The notes below the pieces were generated by a model. It had not been told where the DNA came from, ran no database searches, and was given only the letters and a program-made list of their open reading frames with translations. Shown piece after piece: positions 27,401-36,655 of a stretch of 64,000 nt of DNA; position 1 is the stretch's first letter, and every line of letters starts with the position of its first letter. Source of the stretch: an uncultured Verrucomicrobiae bacterium. GTDB lineage: Bacteria > Verrucomicrobiota > Verrucomicrobiia > Chthoniobacterales > UBA10450. The DNA lies in assembly GCA_963782205.1 (NCBI GenBank), contig CAWAIY010000007.1, forward strand, positions 43,690 to 107,689, given 5' to 3'. The translations under genes and the position numbers were made by a program.

Positions 27401-27653
27401 ATTTCTCGAAATCCTCGTCGATCAACTGCTCATGCGGTTCGAGTGGCACACTCGCGTGCCGCCAGAGATGCACTCCGAAGGCGCTGACGCCTCCCAGCAC
27501 CGACATCACCGCGCCAATCATGACCCAGATCGCGACTGCCAGATGCGCTGTGGATTTGGAATCCTTCGCTCCCATGCAGGTCGCACAGGCCAAAGCCTGA
27601 GCGGTCGGGGAGACGAGAAGGAGCGTTAGCCAGAGAAGTAGTTTTGGTTTCAT
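27393..27653 (-). CDS. small membrane/exported protein with CATC motif in the cox cluster
   Basis: MKPKLLLWLTLLLVSPTAQALACATCMGAKD... plus one TM segment. The start was placed at 27653, where the ATG overlaps the upstream TGA. Confidence 0.45.
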   Translation of the reverse strand: MKPKLLLWLTLLLVSPTAQALACATCMGAKDSKSTAHLAVAIWVMIGAVMSVLGGVSAFGVHLWRHASVPLEPHEQLIDEDFEKYD

Positions 27654-27859
27654 CAGATCAAACGGAGCCGTTTCATTTTGCGCCAGAACCAGCAGCCATA
27701 AATGATCAAAGCGAGCGCGATCACAAAGGAACAAATCGCCCCCGGGGTGTAAGCGGCCGTCTGGCTCACACTATTGGTCCAAAGGCACCAGACGCCGATA
27801 CCAAACGCAAGCAGTGTCGAAAAAGTGATGAAGACGATGTGAAAACCTTTGAGTGACAT
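27653..27859 (-). CDS. small two-TM membrane protein in the cox cluster
   Basis: MSLKGFHIVFITFSTLLAFGIGVWCLW... The start at 27859 lies directly after the coxD stop. Confidence 0.45.
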   Translation of the reverse strand: MSLKGFHIVFITFSTLLAFGIGVWCLWTNSVSQTAAYTPGAICSFVIALALIIYGCWFWRKMKRLRLI

Positions 27860-27860
27860 T

Positions 27861-28211
27861 TTAGTGATGAACCGGGTCGTACCAGGCGAGGTAAATGAGC
27901 CAAAAGAGGCCCAGAACAAAGATGGCGGTGAAGATGAGAATCCGGTAGATCAGCTTCTTTTCCGCCGACAGGTGCATGAAAATATAGGCGACCAATCCCG
28001 CTTTGAACGCCGCCAGGACCATCGCCACGGCCACGTTCGCCTTCCGCGAACCGAAATCCACATAGGACAGAAAAACGGTCAGCGCAGTGCAGAAAAGCAG
28101 GGCCGCGCCGACGAGAAGATAACCGCGGACGTGTTTGCTGACGTCGTGAACGTTGGGCGCGTAATGCTCTGTCTCGTGTTCGACCGGTGCAGTAGTTGGC
28201 GGATTATTCAT
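27861..28211 (-). CDS. cytochrome c oxidase subunit IV (prokaryotic COX4 family)
   Basis: ...AAFKAGLVAYIFMHL... is the typical motif. The start at 28211 (MNNPPTT) lies 4 nt after the coxC stop. Confidence 0.8.
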   Translation of the reverse strand: MNNPPTTAPVEHETEHYAPNVHDVSKHVRGYLLVGAALLFCTALTVFLSYVDFGSRKANVAVAMVLAAFKAGLVAYIFMHLSAEKKLIYRILIFTAIFVLGLFWLIYLAWYDPVHH

Positions 28212-28215
28212 CGAA

Positions 28216-29088
28216 TCAGAGCAGGTAAAAGAGCGGGAAAACGAAGATCCAAACCAGATCGACAAAGTGCCAGAACAATCCCGCCACCTCAACTCGATTT
28301 GCGAGGTGCTCCGGGTTCTGTCGGTAGGTTCTGCCGCCCATGAGGAAAAGATAGCAAAAGACGATCACCCCACCGAGGACGTGCAAACCGTGCAGGCCGG
28401 TGATCGTAAAATACGTCGCGAAATAGGTGTTGTGAGTGGGCAGGAACATGGTTGCGCGTTCCACGTCGGCCTTCTCGATTGTCGCGATCACATCGGTCGG
28501 CGGCACGTAGAGAAAGTGCGGCCGATCCATCGCCTTGTTCGTCGGGTCGGTGTAGATGGGATCGAGTGCGATCTCATATTCCTTGATTTTTGGATCGTTG
28601 AGCGCCGCCCGGTTATGGAGATGGCCAGTGATCTCGACTCGCGGGGGCAGGCCTTCGCTCAGAAGGTGCTTGTTCCCCAAATAACGCTCATATTTTTCCA
28701 GCTCGCTGGTCTTAATGTAGGCGCCGAAGTGATCGTATTTTTGCGGCCACTCGTAACCGAGTTTCACCACAAGAAAGATGACGCCGCAAAGGATCGTGAT
28801 CGCCATGTAAACTTTGTATCTTGCGTAACGGCGCATCTTCAATGCCGCCCACGCCAGCACGACCGTGACCGAGGAAGCAATCAGGATCGCCGTGTTAAAG
28901 GTGCCGACCGGGACGTTGAGCAAACCATGCGGCCAATAGCCGGGCTCGGCGTCGAGGCGGAGGAAAATGTAGGCGGAGAATAGGCCGCCGAAGAGCATCA
29001 CTTCCGAGGCAAGAAAGAGCCAGATGCCGACCTTGGCGTTCCAGAGCCCGGTGTCGGGCCGAGCGGTGACTGTGTAGGGAATTTCCAT
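28216..29088 (-). CDS. coxC: cytochrome c oxidase subunit III
   Basis: The protein contains ...FFATYFTITGLHGLHVLGGV...VAGLFWHFVDLVWIFVFPLFYL, the subunit III signature. Confidence 0.9.
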   Translation of the reverse strand: MEIPYTVTARPDTGLWNAKVGIWLFLASEVMLFGGLFSAYIFLRLDAEPGYWPHGLLNVPVGTFNTAILIASSVTVVLAWAALKMRRYARYKVYMAITILCGVIFLVVKLGYEWPQKYDHFGAYIKTSELEKYERYLGNKHLLSEGLPPRVEITGHLHNRAALNDPKIKEYEIALDPIYTDPTNKAMDRPHFLYVPPTDVIATIEKADVERATMFLPTHNTYFATYFTITGLHGLHVLGGVIVFCYLFLMGGRTYRQNPEHLANRVEVAGLFWHFVDLVWIFVFPLFYLL

Positions 29089-29120
29089 TTGCGCGATTCG
29101 TTAGGGCAGAGGCAAGAACC

Positions 29121-31016
29121 CTAGTGACTAAGCGACATGGTGGGTTCGCGCATCGTGCGCTCGTCGGCCCGGACCGGCTCGGTTTGCATCGTATAATCCT
29201 TCTCGCGGCCCGGCAGGCTGTATTCGTAGGGCCCGCGGTAGGCCACTGGCGGAGTAGCGAAGTTGCCGTGTGGTGGCGGCGATGGCGCAGTCCACTCCAA
29301 GGTGGTCGCCTCCCATGGATTGTCGTTCACTCTTTTGCCATGTCGCATGCTCCAGAAGAAATTGATGATGAAGGGAATCTGCGCCAGACCCATTACCCAG
29401 GCGGCAATCGAAATGGGCAGGTTCCAGTGGAAACCACTCAAGCCCCACACTTTCTCGCTCGCGAGAGTCCAGCCCTGGCCGCCGTCATACCAGCGGCGAT
29501 GCATCCCGAGCATGCCTTGCAAGAACATCGGGAGAAAAATCACGTTCATGCAGATGAGCGAGGGCCAGAAATGCACCTTTCCCCAGAAATCATTCATCTT
29601 GCGCCCGGTCGCCTTCGGGAACCAATAATAGATGCCTGCAAAGACGGCGAAAATCGTTCCCGGCGCGACGATGTAATGGAAGTGCGCGATCACATAATAG
29701 GTGTCGTGCAGATAAAGATCGGCGCTGTTAAACGCCAGCGGAATACCGGTCAGGCCGCCGATTCCAAACATGGGCAAAAACGCCGTTGCAAACAGCATCG
29801 GCACCGTAAAGCGAATCGAGCCGCCCCAGAGCGAAATGAAAAACGCGCTCAAGATAATCACCGACGGAATCGAGATGATCATCGTCGTCGTCTGGAAAAA
29901 CGCGCTCACCGCCGTGCCCATGCCGGTCAGCCACATGTGATGGGCCCAGACGATGAAAGAGAGAAAACCGAGCACGAGCGCGGCCAGCACCAACGACTTG
30001 TAACCCCAGAGCGGCTTGCGCGTGTTGTTCGCGATGATCTCCGCCACGATTCCCATGCCCGGCAGAATCAGCACGTAAACTTCCGGATGTCCGAGGAACC
30101 AGAAGAGGTGCTGCCAGAGGAGCGGACTGCCGCCGCCGCTGATCGAAACCTGCGCGCCATTTACAACCAGGCCGCTGGGCAGGAAAAAGCTCGTTCCCGC
30201 GACGCGATCCATCAACTGCATCACGATCGCCGACTCGAGTGGCGGAAAGGCAAGCAGCAACAGGAAAGCGGTCACAAACTGCGCCCAGACGAAGAAGGGC
30301 AGCCGCATCCAAGTCATGCCCTTGGCCCGAAGCTGGATGATGGTTGCGATGAAATTGACCGCGCCTAACAATGACGAGGTGATCAACAGAATGAACCCGA
30401 TCAGCCAGAGCGTCTGGCCATTAAAAATGACGTCAAACCCTGGTCCCTTGTCCGCGATGTCGGCCAGGGGCGTATAGGAAGTCCAGCCGCCCTTGGCCGC
30501 GCCGCCCGGGACGAAGAAACTCACGAGCATGACCACGCCGCCGACAAAAAACGCCCAATAGCTCGCCATATTGATTTTCGGGAACGTCATGTCCGGCGCC
30601 CCGATCTGGAGCGGGACGACAAAATTTCCGAAGGCCGCGAAAGCGATCGGGACGATGCCGAGGAAGATCATGATTGTGCCGTGCATCGCGCCTAACGAAT
30701 TGTAAAATTCCGGGGTCATCACCCCGTTGTTCATCGCCCCCGGGCCGAGTACATTTTCGAGCAGCGTGCCGATCACCGGTAGCCTGGTGCCGGGGAAGGC
30801 GAGCTGCCAGCGCATCAGCATCATGAGGGTGAAGCCGAGGAACAGGAAGATCAGGCCACTGATTCCGTACTGAATGCCAATCACCTTGTGGTCGGTCGAG
30901 AAGACATATTTTCGCCAGAAGCCGAGCTCATGGTGCTCGTGCTCCTCGTGGGCGTGCGGATAGTGAGTGGCGTCTGCAACAGAAGAGGTAGCGTCCATAA
31001 AATGCGAGTCTGACAC
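29121..31016 (-). CDS. ctaD: cytochrome c oxidase subunit I
   Basis: The protein contains ...WQHLFWFLGHPEVYVLILPGMG...HFHYIVAPG, the heme-copper oxidase signature. The track start at 31016 is a GTG, and an ATG at 30998 is also possible. Confidence 0.95.
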   Translation of the reverse strand: MSDSHFMDATSSVADATHYPHAHEEHEHHELGFWRKYVFSTDHKVIGIQYGISGLIFLFLGFTLMMLMRWQLAFPGTRLPVIGTLLENVLGPGAMNNGVMTPEFYNSLGAMHGTIMIFLGIVPIAFAAFGNFVVPLQIGAPDMTFPKINMASYWAFFVGGVVMLVSFFVPGGAAKGGWTSYTPLADIADKGPGFDVIFNGQTLWLIGFILLITSSLLGAVNFIATIIQLRAKGMTWMRLPFFVWAQFVTAFLLLLAFPPLESAIVMQLMDRVAGTSFFLPSGLVVNGAQVSISGGGSPLLWQHLFWFLGHPEVYVLILPGMGIVAEIIANNTRKPLWGYKSLVLAALVLGFLSFIVWAHHMWLTGMGTAVSAFFQTTTMIISIPSVIILSAFFISLWGGSIRFTVPMLFATAFLPMFGIGGLTGIPLAFNSADLYLHDTYYVIAHFHYIVAPGTIFAVFAGIYYWFPKATGRKMNDFWGKVHFWPSLICMNVIFLPMFLQGMLGMHRRWYDGGQGWTLASEKVWGLSGFHWNLPISIAAWVMGLAQIPFIINFFWSMRHGKRVNDNPWEATTLEWTAPSPPPHGNFATPPVAYRGPYEYSLPGREKDYTMQTEPVRADERTMREPTMSLSH

Positions 31017-31596
31017 TGATTATCCGTCGAAACTTTTCAAGAAGAAAGCGACAAAATTAGTTGTGCGCGCTCGGATCTTCGGTCAGGCGCAACCGCCGGC
31101 CGATGCCGCGGACTGGTATTCGCTTGTCCTGCGCGATGTGTCGCCGTTCCAGCCGACGGCTCCCGACGTAACGATCGACCCAAACCGCCTTGTCGAGATG
31201 CAGATGTTATGTCCTGTCGACATCAACGAACGCAATGGCATCCGCTTCGACGACCGAAGCCGGCCAACCTTTGACGTCCCGCTGTCGGCTGCCGATGAGA
31301 CCGGACTAACGAACGCAGAGACCGATTCGAATGCGATCTCCTCGGTGATCGGCCGCTACCGGAGCGGTTGCCGGCCGACATGGATGCCATTCGGCTTCGC
31401 CCATATGACGGGCACGACGCGCATGAGCCCCGAAGACGACGGCACCGGCGTGGCCGACTTTGAGGGCCGCGTATGGGGCTTCGATAACCTCCACCTCGCG
31501 ACGAATGGACTGATCCCAACCCGGATGGCCGTCAATCCGACACTCACTGGAGTCGCACTCTCGGTCAGAATCGCAGATGCAATTGTAAGCGGCTAA
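30967..31596 (+). pseudogene. GMC-family oxidoreductase C-terminal remnant
   Basis: ...HMTGTTRMSPEDDGTGVADFEGRVWGFDNLHLATNGLIPTRMAVNPTLTGVALSVRIADAI is the GMC_oxred_C end. Only about 200 aa are open, and the N-terminal FAD domain is absent because coxA occupies the upstream DNA. Confidence 0.6.
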
Positions 31597-31782
31597 CGAA
31601 CTTTGCGCGGCTCTCCGTGTGCTGAGCCGGGACATCGCCGCGCGGCGAAGGTTGGGTGTCCAGAAGAATCGGGCGGCTTCACAGCCAGCTGGAATCACTC
31701 GAATCTTCGCGCTGGGTCGCGATTTTCTTTGTCAAGCAAATGGGGGCTGGCTATCAAGACGAATGATGAGGAAATTCTCGCG

Positions 31783-32586
31783 ATGACATCCGCTGAAGGC
31801 ACCCTGCCTCGCCGCTCGTTTGGCGAAACGATGCGCCCTGACGTCTGGTGGGCGCAGCCGCTGGTAGTGTTTCTGGGCTTGGGAGCGTTTGTGGTTTACT
31901 CGACCTGGGCCGCTTTGCAGGGCCGGGATTATTATTTCGGCCCCTACCTGTCGCCTTTTTATTCGCCGGAGATTTTTGGCGGTTCACCGCATGCCTGGTT
32001 CGGGCCGAAGCCGGTTTGGTGGCCCGCCTGGCTGCTTTTTTCGCCCGCGTTTTTGGTCCTTTGGGCACCGGGCGGTTTTCGGCTCACCTGTTATTATTAC
32101 CGTGGCGCCTATTACAAGGCATTCTGGGCCGATCCGCCCAATTGCACGGTCGGCGAGCCGCGCAGCGTTTATCTCGGCGAACGCTCCTTCCCCCTCATCA
32201 TGCAGAATGTGCATCGCTATTTCCTCTACCTCGCGCTCCTTTTCATCCTCGTTCTCGCGCACGATGTCTGGAAGGCGATGTGGTTTCTCGATCCCGTGAC
32301 AGGAACGACGTCGTTCGGAATTGGAGTCGGCACGCTCGTGCTGGCGCTGAATGTGGTACTGCTCGGCGGCTACACCTGCGGTTGTCATTCCCTGCGTCAT
32401 CTCGTCGGCGGTTTTCTCGATCAATTCTCGAAATCGCCGGCCCGTTATCGCGCCTATGCCTGCGTCGGTTGCCTGAACAGCCGCCACATGCTCTGGGCCT
32501 GGATGAGCTTGTTCTGGGTTGGATTTTCCGATCTCTACGTGCGCCTGTGCGCGATGGGCATCTGGCACGATTGGCGGATTTTTTAG
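31783..32586 (+). CDS. succinate dehydrogenase membrane anchor subunit (non-canonical, Cys/His-rich)
   Basis: Polytopic 267-aa protein directly upstream of sdhA/sdhB. The start was moved to the ATG at 31783, which follows a GAGGA Shine-Dalgarno sequence. It contains TCGCHSLRH and CVGCLNSRH. Confidence 0.65.
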   Translation: MTSAEGTLPRRSFGETMRPDVWWAQPLVVFLGLGAFVVYSTWAALQGRDYYFGPYLSPFYSPEIFGGSPHAWFGPKPVWWPAWLLFSPAFLVLWAPGGFRLTCYYYRGAYYKAFWADPPNCTVGEPRSVYLGERSFPLIMQNVHRYFLYLALLFILVLAHDVWKAMWFLDPVTGTTSFGIGVGTLVLALNVVLLGGYTCGCHSLRHLVGGFLDQFSKSPARYRAYACVGCLNSRHMLWAWMSLFWVGFSDLYVRLCAMGIWHDWRIF

Positions 32587-32666
32587 TGAGAACGGAAACC
32601 GTGATCGAGATTCGATTTGTCACCCAACGCTACCCACGATTCACGGTTTAACGATTCACGCACCTC

Positions 32667-34478
32667 ATGCCGGACTACGAAACTTTCACACACGACGTTC
32701 TGGTCATCGGGACCGGCGGCGCTGGTTTGCGCGCGGCGATCGAGGCGTCGGCCGCTGGGGTTTCGGTCGGGATGGTTTCAAAATGCCTTCTCGGCAAGGC
32801 GCACACCGTCATGGCCGAGGGCGGGATCGCGGCCGCGCTGGCCAATGTCGACGATCGCGATGACTGGCGAGTGCATTTCGCCGACACCATGCGCGGCGGA
32901 CAATACGTCAACAATTGGCGGATGGCGGAACTGCACGCCAAAGAGGCGCCGGCCCGGGTTCGCGAGCTCGAGGCCTGGGGCGCCGTCTTCGACCGCACGA
33001 AGGATGGCCGGATTCTGCAAAGAAATTTCGGCGGCCACAAATATCCGCGCCTGGCGCATGTCGGCGATCGCACCGGTCTGGAGATGATTCGCACCCTGCA
33101 GGACCACGGGATTCATCAGGGGATTGATGTGCACATGGAAATTTGCGTGATCGCGCTGCTCAAGGACGGTGGGCGCATCAGCGGGGCATTCGGCTACGAT
33201 CGCGAGCGCGGCCGGTTCCGCATTTTTCGGGCAAAGGCCATCGTCCTCGCGACCGGCGGAATCGGCAAGGCCTACAAGATCACGAGCAACAGCTGGGACT
33301 GCACCGGCGATGGTCACTCGCTCGCCTATCACGCGGGCGCGGAGCTGATCGACATGGAGTACATCCAGTTTCATCCCACCGGGATGGTTTGGCCACCGAG
33401 CGTGCGCGGCATGCTCGTGACCGAAGGGGTGCGCGGCGAAGGCGGCATTCTGACCAACCGGGAAGGCCAGCGTTTCATGTTCGATTTCATTCCAGAGAAC
33501 TACAAGGCGCAGACGGCCGACAACGAGGAGGAAGGCTGGCGTTACACGCAGGGCGACAAGAATGCGCGGCGCCCACCAGAATTACTGACCCGCGACCATG
33601 TGGCTCGCTGCATTGTGCGGGAGATCAAGGAAGGACGCGGGACACCGCACGCCGGCGTGTATTTGGATATTTCCTGGATCAAGAAACGGCTGCCGAACGC
33701 GGAGGAACACATTAAGCGCAAGCTGCCGAGCATGTATCACCAGTTCAAACAATTGGGCGACGTGGACATCACGCGGGAAGCGATGGAGGTCGGCCCGACC
33801 ACGCACTACATCATGGGGGGAGTGCGGGTCGATGCCGATACCGAGATGTCGAGCGTTCCCGGGCTCTTCGCCGCCGGCGAATGTGCGGCGGGTATCAACG
33901 GCGCGAACCGTCTCGGCGGCAATTCGCTTTCCGATCTTTTGGTTTTCGGGAAGCGCGCCGGCGAGTTCGCGGCCAAATTCGCCCAGGGGCAGTCGTTAGG
34001 CGAAATCAACGAGGCGGAAGTGAAGCGCCTGGCCGAGGAAGCGCTCCGGCCCTTCGAACATGAGACGGGCGAAAATCCCTACACAGTGCAGCGGGAGTTG
34101 CAGGACATCATGCAGCACAACGTCGGGATTGTGCGGGACGAGAGCGAAATGCAGGCGGCCCTCGAGCATTTGAAAATGTTCTGGGACCGCGCACATCAGG
34201 TCGGCGTGATCGGGACGCGCGATTTCAATCCCGGCTGGCACACCGCGCTCGACCTGAAGAATCTGCTCACGGTTTCGGAAGCGATTACGCGCGCGGCGCT
34301 GGAACGGAAAGAAAGCCGCGGCGCGCAGTTCCGCGAGGATTACCCGGAGAAGAGTGATGAATTTGCCCGGGTAAATACGATCGTCTGGAAAGGTGCCGAC
34401 GGCAGGATGGAGATTCGGCTCGATCCGATTCCGGAGATGCGGGAGGAATTAAAGCGGGTGATTGAGGAGAATCGTTGA
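32667..34478 (+). CDS. sdhA: succinate dehydrogenase/fumarate reductase flavoprotein subunit
   Basis: The protein contains DVLVIGTGGAGLRAA..., HTVMAEGG (covalent FAD His region), and ...GGNSLSDLLVFG. Confidence 0.92.
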   Translation: MPDYETFTHDVLVIGTGGAGLRAAIEASAAGVSVGMVSKCLLGKAHTVMAEGGIAAALANVDDRDDWRVHFADTMRGGQYVNNWRMAELHAKEAPARVRELEAWGAVFDRTKDGRILQRNFGGHKYPRLAHVGDRTGLEMIRTLQDHGIHQGIDVHMEICVIALLKDGGRISGAFGYDRERGRFRIFRAKAIVLATGGIGKAYKITSNSWDCTGDGHSLAYHAGAELIDMEYIQFHPTGMVWPPSVRGMLVTEGVRGEGGILTNREGQRFMFDFIPENYKAQTADNEEEGWRYTQGDKNARRPPELLTRDHVARCIVREIKEGRGTPHAGVYLDISWIKKRLPNAEEHIKRKLPSMYHQFKQLGDVDITREAMEVGPTTHYIMGGVRVDADTEMSSVPGLFAAGECAAGINGANRLGGNSLSDLLVFGKRAGEFAAKFAQGQSLGEINEAEVKRLAEEALRPFEHETGENPYTVQRELQDIMQHNVGIVRDESEMQAALEHLKMFWDRAHQVGVIGTRDFNPGWHTALDLKNLLTVSEAITRAALERKESRGAQFREDYPEKSDEFARVNTIVWKGADGRMEIRLDPIPEMREELKRVIEENR

Positions 34479-34558
34479 GGTGTTAAGGCGATGAAGCGAA
34501 GAGGCCAAACGAAGCGTTGTCAAACCTTGGAGGATCTCGACCTTTACCCCTCTAGCTA

Positions 34559-35308
34559 ATGAACACCGCCCTTTTCAAAATCTGGCGCGGCGACGCTAAC
34601 GGCGGCGAGTTCCACGACTACACGACCGGGGTTTCTGAAGGCATGGTCGTGCTTGACGCCGTGCACGACATCCAGGCGCAGCAGGCGAATGACCTCGCCT
34701 GCCGCTGGAATTGCAAAGCGGGCAAATGCGGCTCTTGCTCCGCGGAAGTGAACGGCATGCCCAAGCTGATGTGCATGACGCGTCTGAGCGATCTCCCGCT
34801 CGACAAGCCGATCACGATCGAGCCGATAAAGGCGTTCCCGCGGGTAAAGGATTTAATCACCGACGTCTCGTGGAATTTCGCGGTAAAAAAGCGGATCAAG
34901 AAATTCAAGCCGCGTCCGCCCGACGCGGCCGACGGTACCTGGCGGATGGCGCAGGAGGATGTCGATCGGGTGCAGGAATTCCGGAAGTGCATCGAGTGCT
35001 TTCTTTGCCAGGATGTCTGCCACGTTCTGCGCGATCACCACAAGCACGACCAGTTTATTGGCCCGCGATTCCTCGTTTACACCGCAGCGCTCGAGATGCA
35101 CCCGCTCGACACGGAGGATCGACTCCAGGAATTGCGCGAGGCCCAGGGGATCGGCTATTGCAACATCACCAAGTGCTGCACGAAGGTCTGCCCGGAAGAG
35201 ATTCACATCACCGACAACGCGATCATTCCCTTGAAGGAGCGAGTGGTGGACGATTATTATGATCCACTCGGATGGCTTTGGAAGATGATGAGGGGGAAGA
35301 AGGGTTGA
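34559..35308 (+). CDS. sdhB: succinate dehydrogenase/fumarate reductase iron-sulfur subunit
   Basis: 2Fe-2S motif CRWNCKAGKCGSCSAEVNG...C, and later CIECFLCQDVC and CTKVCP cluster motifs. Confidence 0.9.
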   Translation: MNTALFKIWRGDANGGEFHDYTTGVSEGMVVLDAVHDIQAQQANDLACRWNCKAGKCGSCSAEVNGMPKLMCMTRLSDLPLDKPITIEPIKAFPRVKDLITDVSWNFAVKKRIKKFKPRPPDAADGTWRMAQEDVDRVQEFRKCIECFLCQDVCHVLRDHHKHDQFIGPRFLVYTAALEMHPLDTEDRLQELREAQGIGYCNITKCCTKVCPEEIHITDNAIIPLKERVVDDYYDPLGWLWKMMRGKKG

Positions 35309-35401
35309 AGCGTGAAAAGGATGAAGTGATGAAGCGGAAAGAACCTCAGGGAGATCCAACTCAACCCTGCAACGCTTTATCGCTGCAACGCGCTAACCAC
35401 C

Positions 35402-35899
35402 ATGTCCAAGCTTAAGTCACTTTCCCGCGACGCGATTCCGGCGGCGCTCGAAAAAGCCGAGCGCTACCGTCTGCTCAACGAGCCGGCGGAGGCGGAAAGT
35501 ATTTGCCTCGATATTCTGGCGACCGACCCGGAAAACCAGCAGGCTCTGATCATGCTACTGCTTGCCTTGACCGATCGCTTCAGCAAAGGCTACGGGGTGA
35601 GCGACACGCAGGCCAATCAGCTCCTGGCGCGGATCAAGGGCGAATACGAGCGCGCCTATTACGCCGGGATTCTGGCGGAACGCCGGGCCAAGGCGAAACT
35701 GGCGCAGGGCCATCCCGGGGCTGGGCATTACGCCTACCACGAATTGTGCGAAGCGATGCGGCAGTTTGAGAAAGCGGAAGCGATTCGTCCGCCCGGCAAC
35801 GACGATGCGCTTCTGCGCTGGAATACCTGCGCCCGCCTGATGGTGAGAAACAAGCTGGTAGCCCGCGAAGAGGATCGCACCGAGCCGGTGCTCGAATAA
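35402..35899 (+). CDS. hypothetical helical (TPR-like) protein
   Basis: 165-aa ORF with host-like composition. I recognise no family. Confidence 0.5.
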   Translation: MSKLKSLSRDAIPAALEKAERYRLLNEPAEAESICLDILATDPENQQALIMLLLALTDRFSKGYGVSDTQANQLLARIKGEYERAYYAGILAERRAKAKLAQGHPGAGHYAYHELCEAMRQFEKAEAIRPPGNDDALLRWNTCARLMVRNKLVAREEDRTEPVLE

Positions 35900-35934
35900 A
35901 GAGGCAGTCGCCCGGCGAATCCCGTGCCCGCCCG

Positions 35935-36651
35935 TTGAATTCCGACTCACTTCCTTCCGCGGTTGACGCCGCGACGCGCGATCCGGAAACCGTGCGCGCG
36001 ATGTTTCGGCGCGTTGCGCGGCGTTACGATCGCGCGAATCACGTGTTGAGCGGCGGATTGGATTTTTTGTGGCGCGAACGTGCGGCGAAGGTCGTGCGAA
36101 CCTGGAATCCACGACGCGTGCTCGATCTCGCCACGGGCAGTGGAGATCTTGCCTTAACGATTGCAAAAAAACTGCCGGCAGCGGAAATCACCGGGGCTGA
36201 TTTTTGCGCCGAGATGCTGGAAACGGCGCGGCGCAAAGGCCTGAGGAATACAGTCGTGGCGGACGCGCTCGCGCTGCCTTTCCCTGACGCAAGTTTCGAC
36301 GCAGTCACGGTCGCCTTTGGTTTGCGGAACATGGCGGACTGGGGCGCCGCGCTGACCGAGATGGTACGCGTCCTCGGGGCGGGAGGCCATCTTTTGGTTC
36401 TCGATTTTTCAGTTCCGAGCGGTCGGCTACGGCCGATCTATCGCTTTTATCTCCACCGCTGCTTGCCCTGGCTGGCTGGCCTGGTGACCGGTGAAAAGCA
36501 GGCCTACAACTATCTCGGTGCGTCGATTGAGAGGTTTCCGAGCGGCGAGGCGATGTGTGCGCTAATGGAGGCCAGTGCTCTTAGCGATGCGCAGGCGCAG
36601 CCGCTTTCCGGCGGTATCGTGACGATCTATTGCGCACGGAAGCCTCAATAG
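35935..36651 (+). CDS. ubiE: demethylmenaquinone/ubiquinone C-methyltransferase (UbiE/MenG)
   Basis: The protein contains MFRRVARRYDRANHVLSGGLDFLWR...VLDLATGSGDLA...AFGLRNM...YNYLGASIERFP. The start is a TTG. Confidence 0.88.
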   Translation: MNSDSLPSAVDAATRDPETVRAMFRRVARRYDRANHVLSGGLDFLWRERAAKVVRTWNPRRVLDLATGSGDLALTIAKKLPAAEITGADFCAEMLETARRKGLRNTVVADALALPFPDASFDAVTVAFGLRNMADWGAALTEMVRVLGAGGHLLVLDFSVPSGRLRPIYRFYLHRCLPWLAGLVTGEKQAYNYLGASIERFPSGEAMCALMEASALSDAQAQPLSGGIVTIYCARKPQ

Positions 36652-36655
36652 CGCG

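Noticed and set aside
29124-30368. 414-aa + strand ORF
   Set aside because: It is antisense to cytochrome c oxidase subunit I, which is unambiguous. The translation is Arg/His/Asp-rich junk.
34490-35336. GATGAAGCG present in both the sdhA-sdhB and post-sdhB intergenic spacers (34490..34498 and 35328..35336)
   Set aside because: It is only a 9-mer in purine-rich context. That is too short to separate from chance without a genome-wide count.
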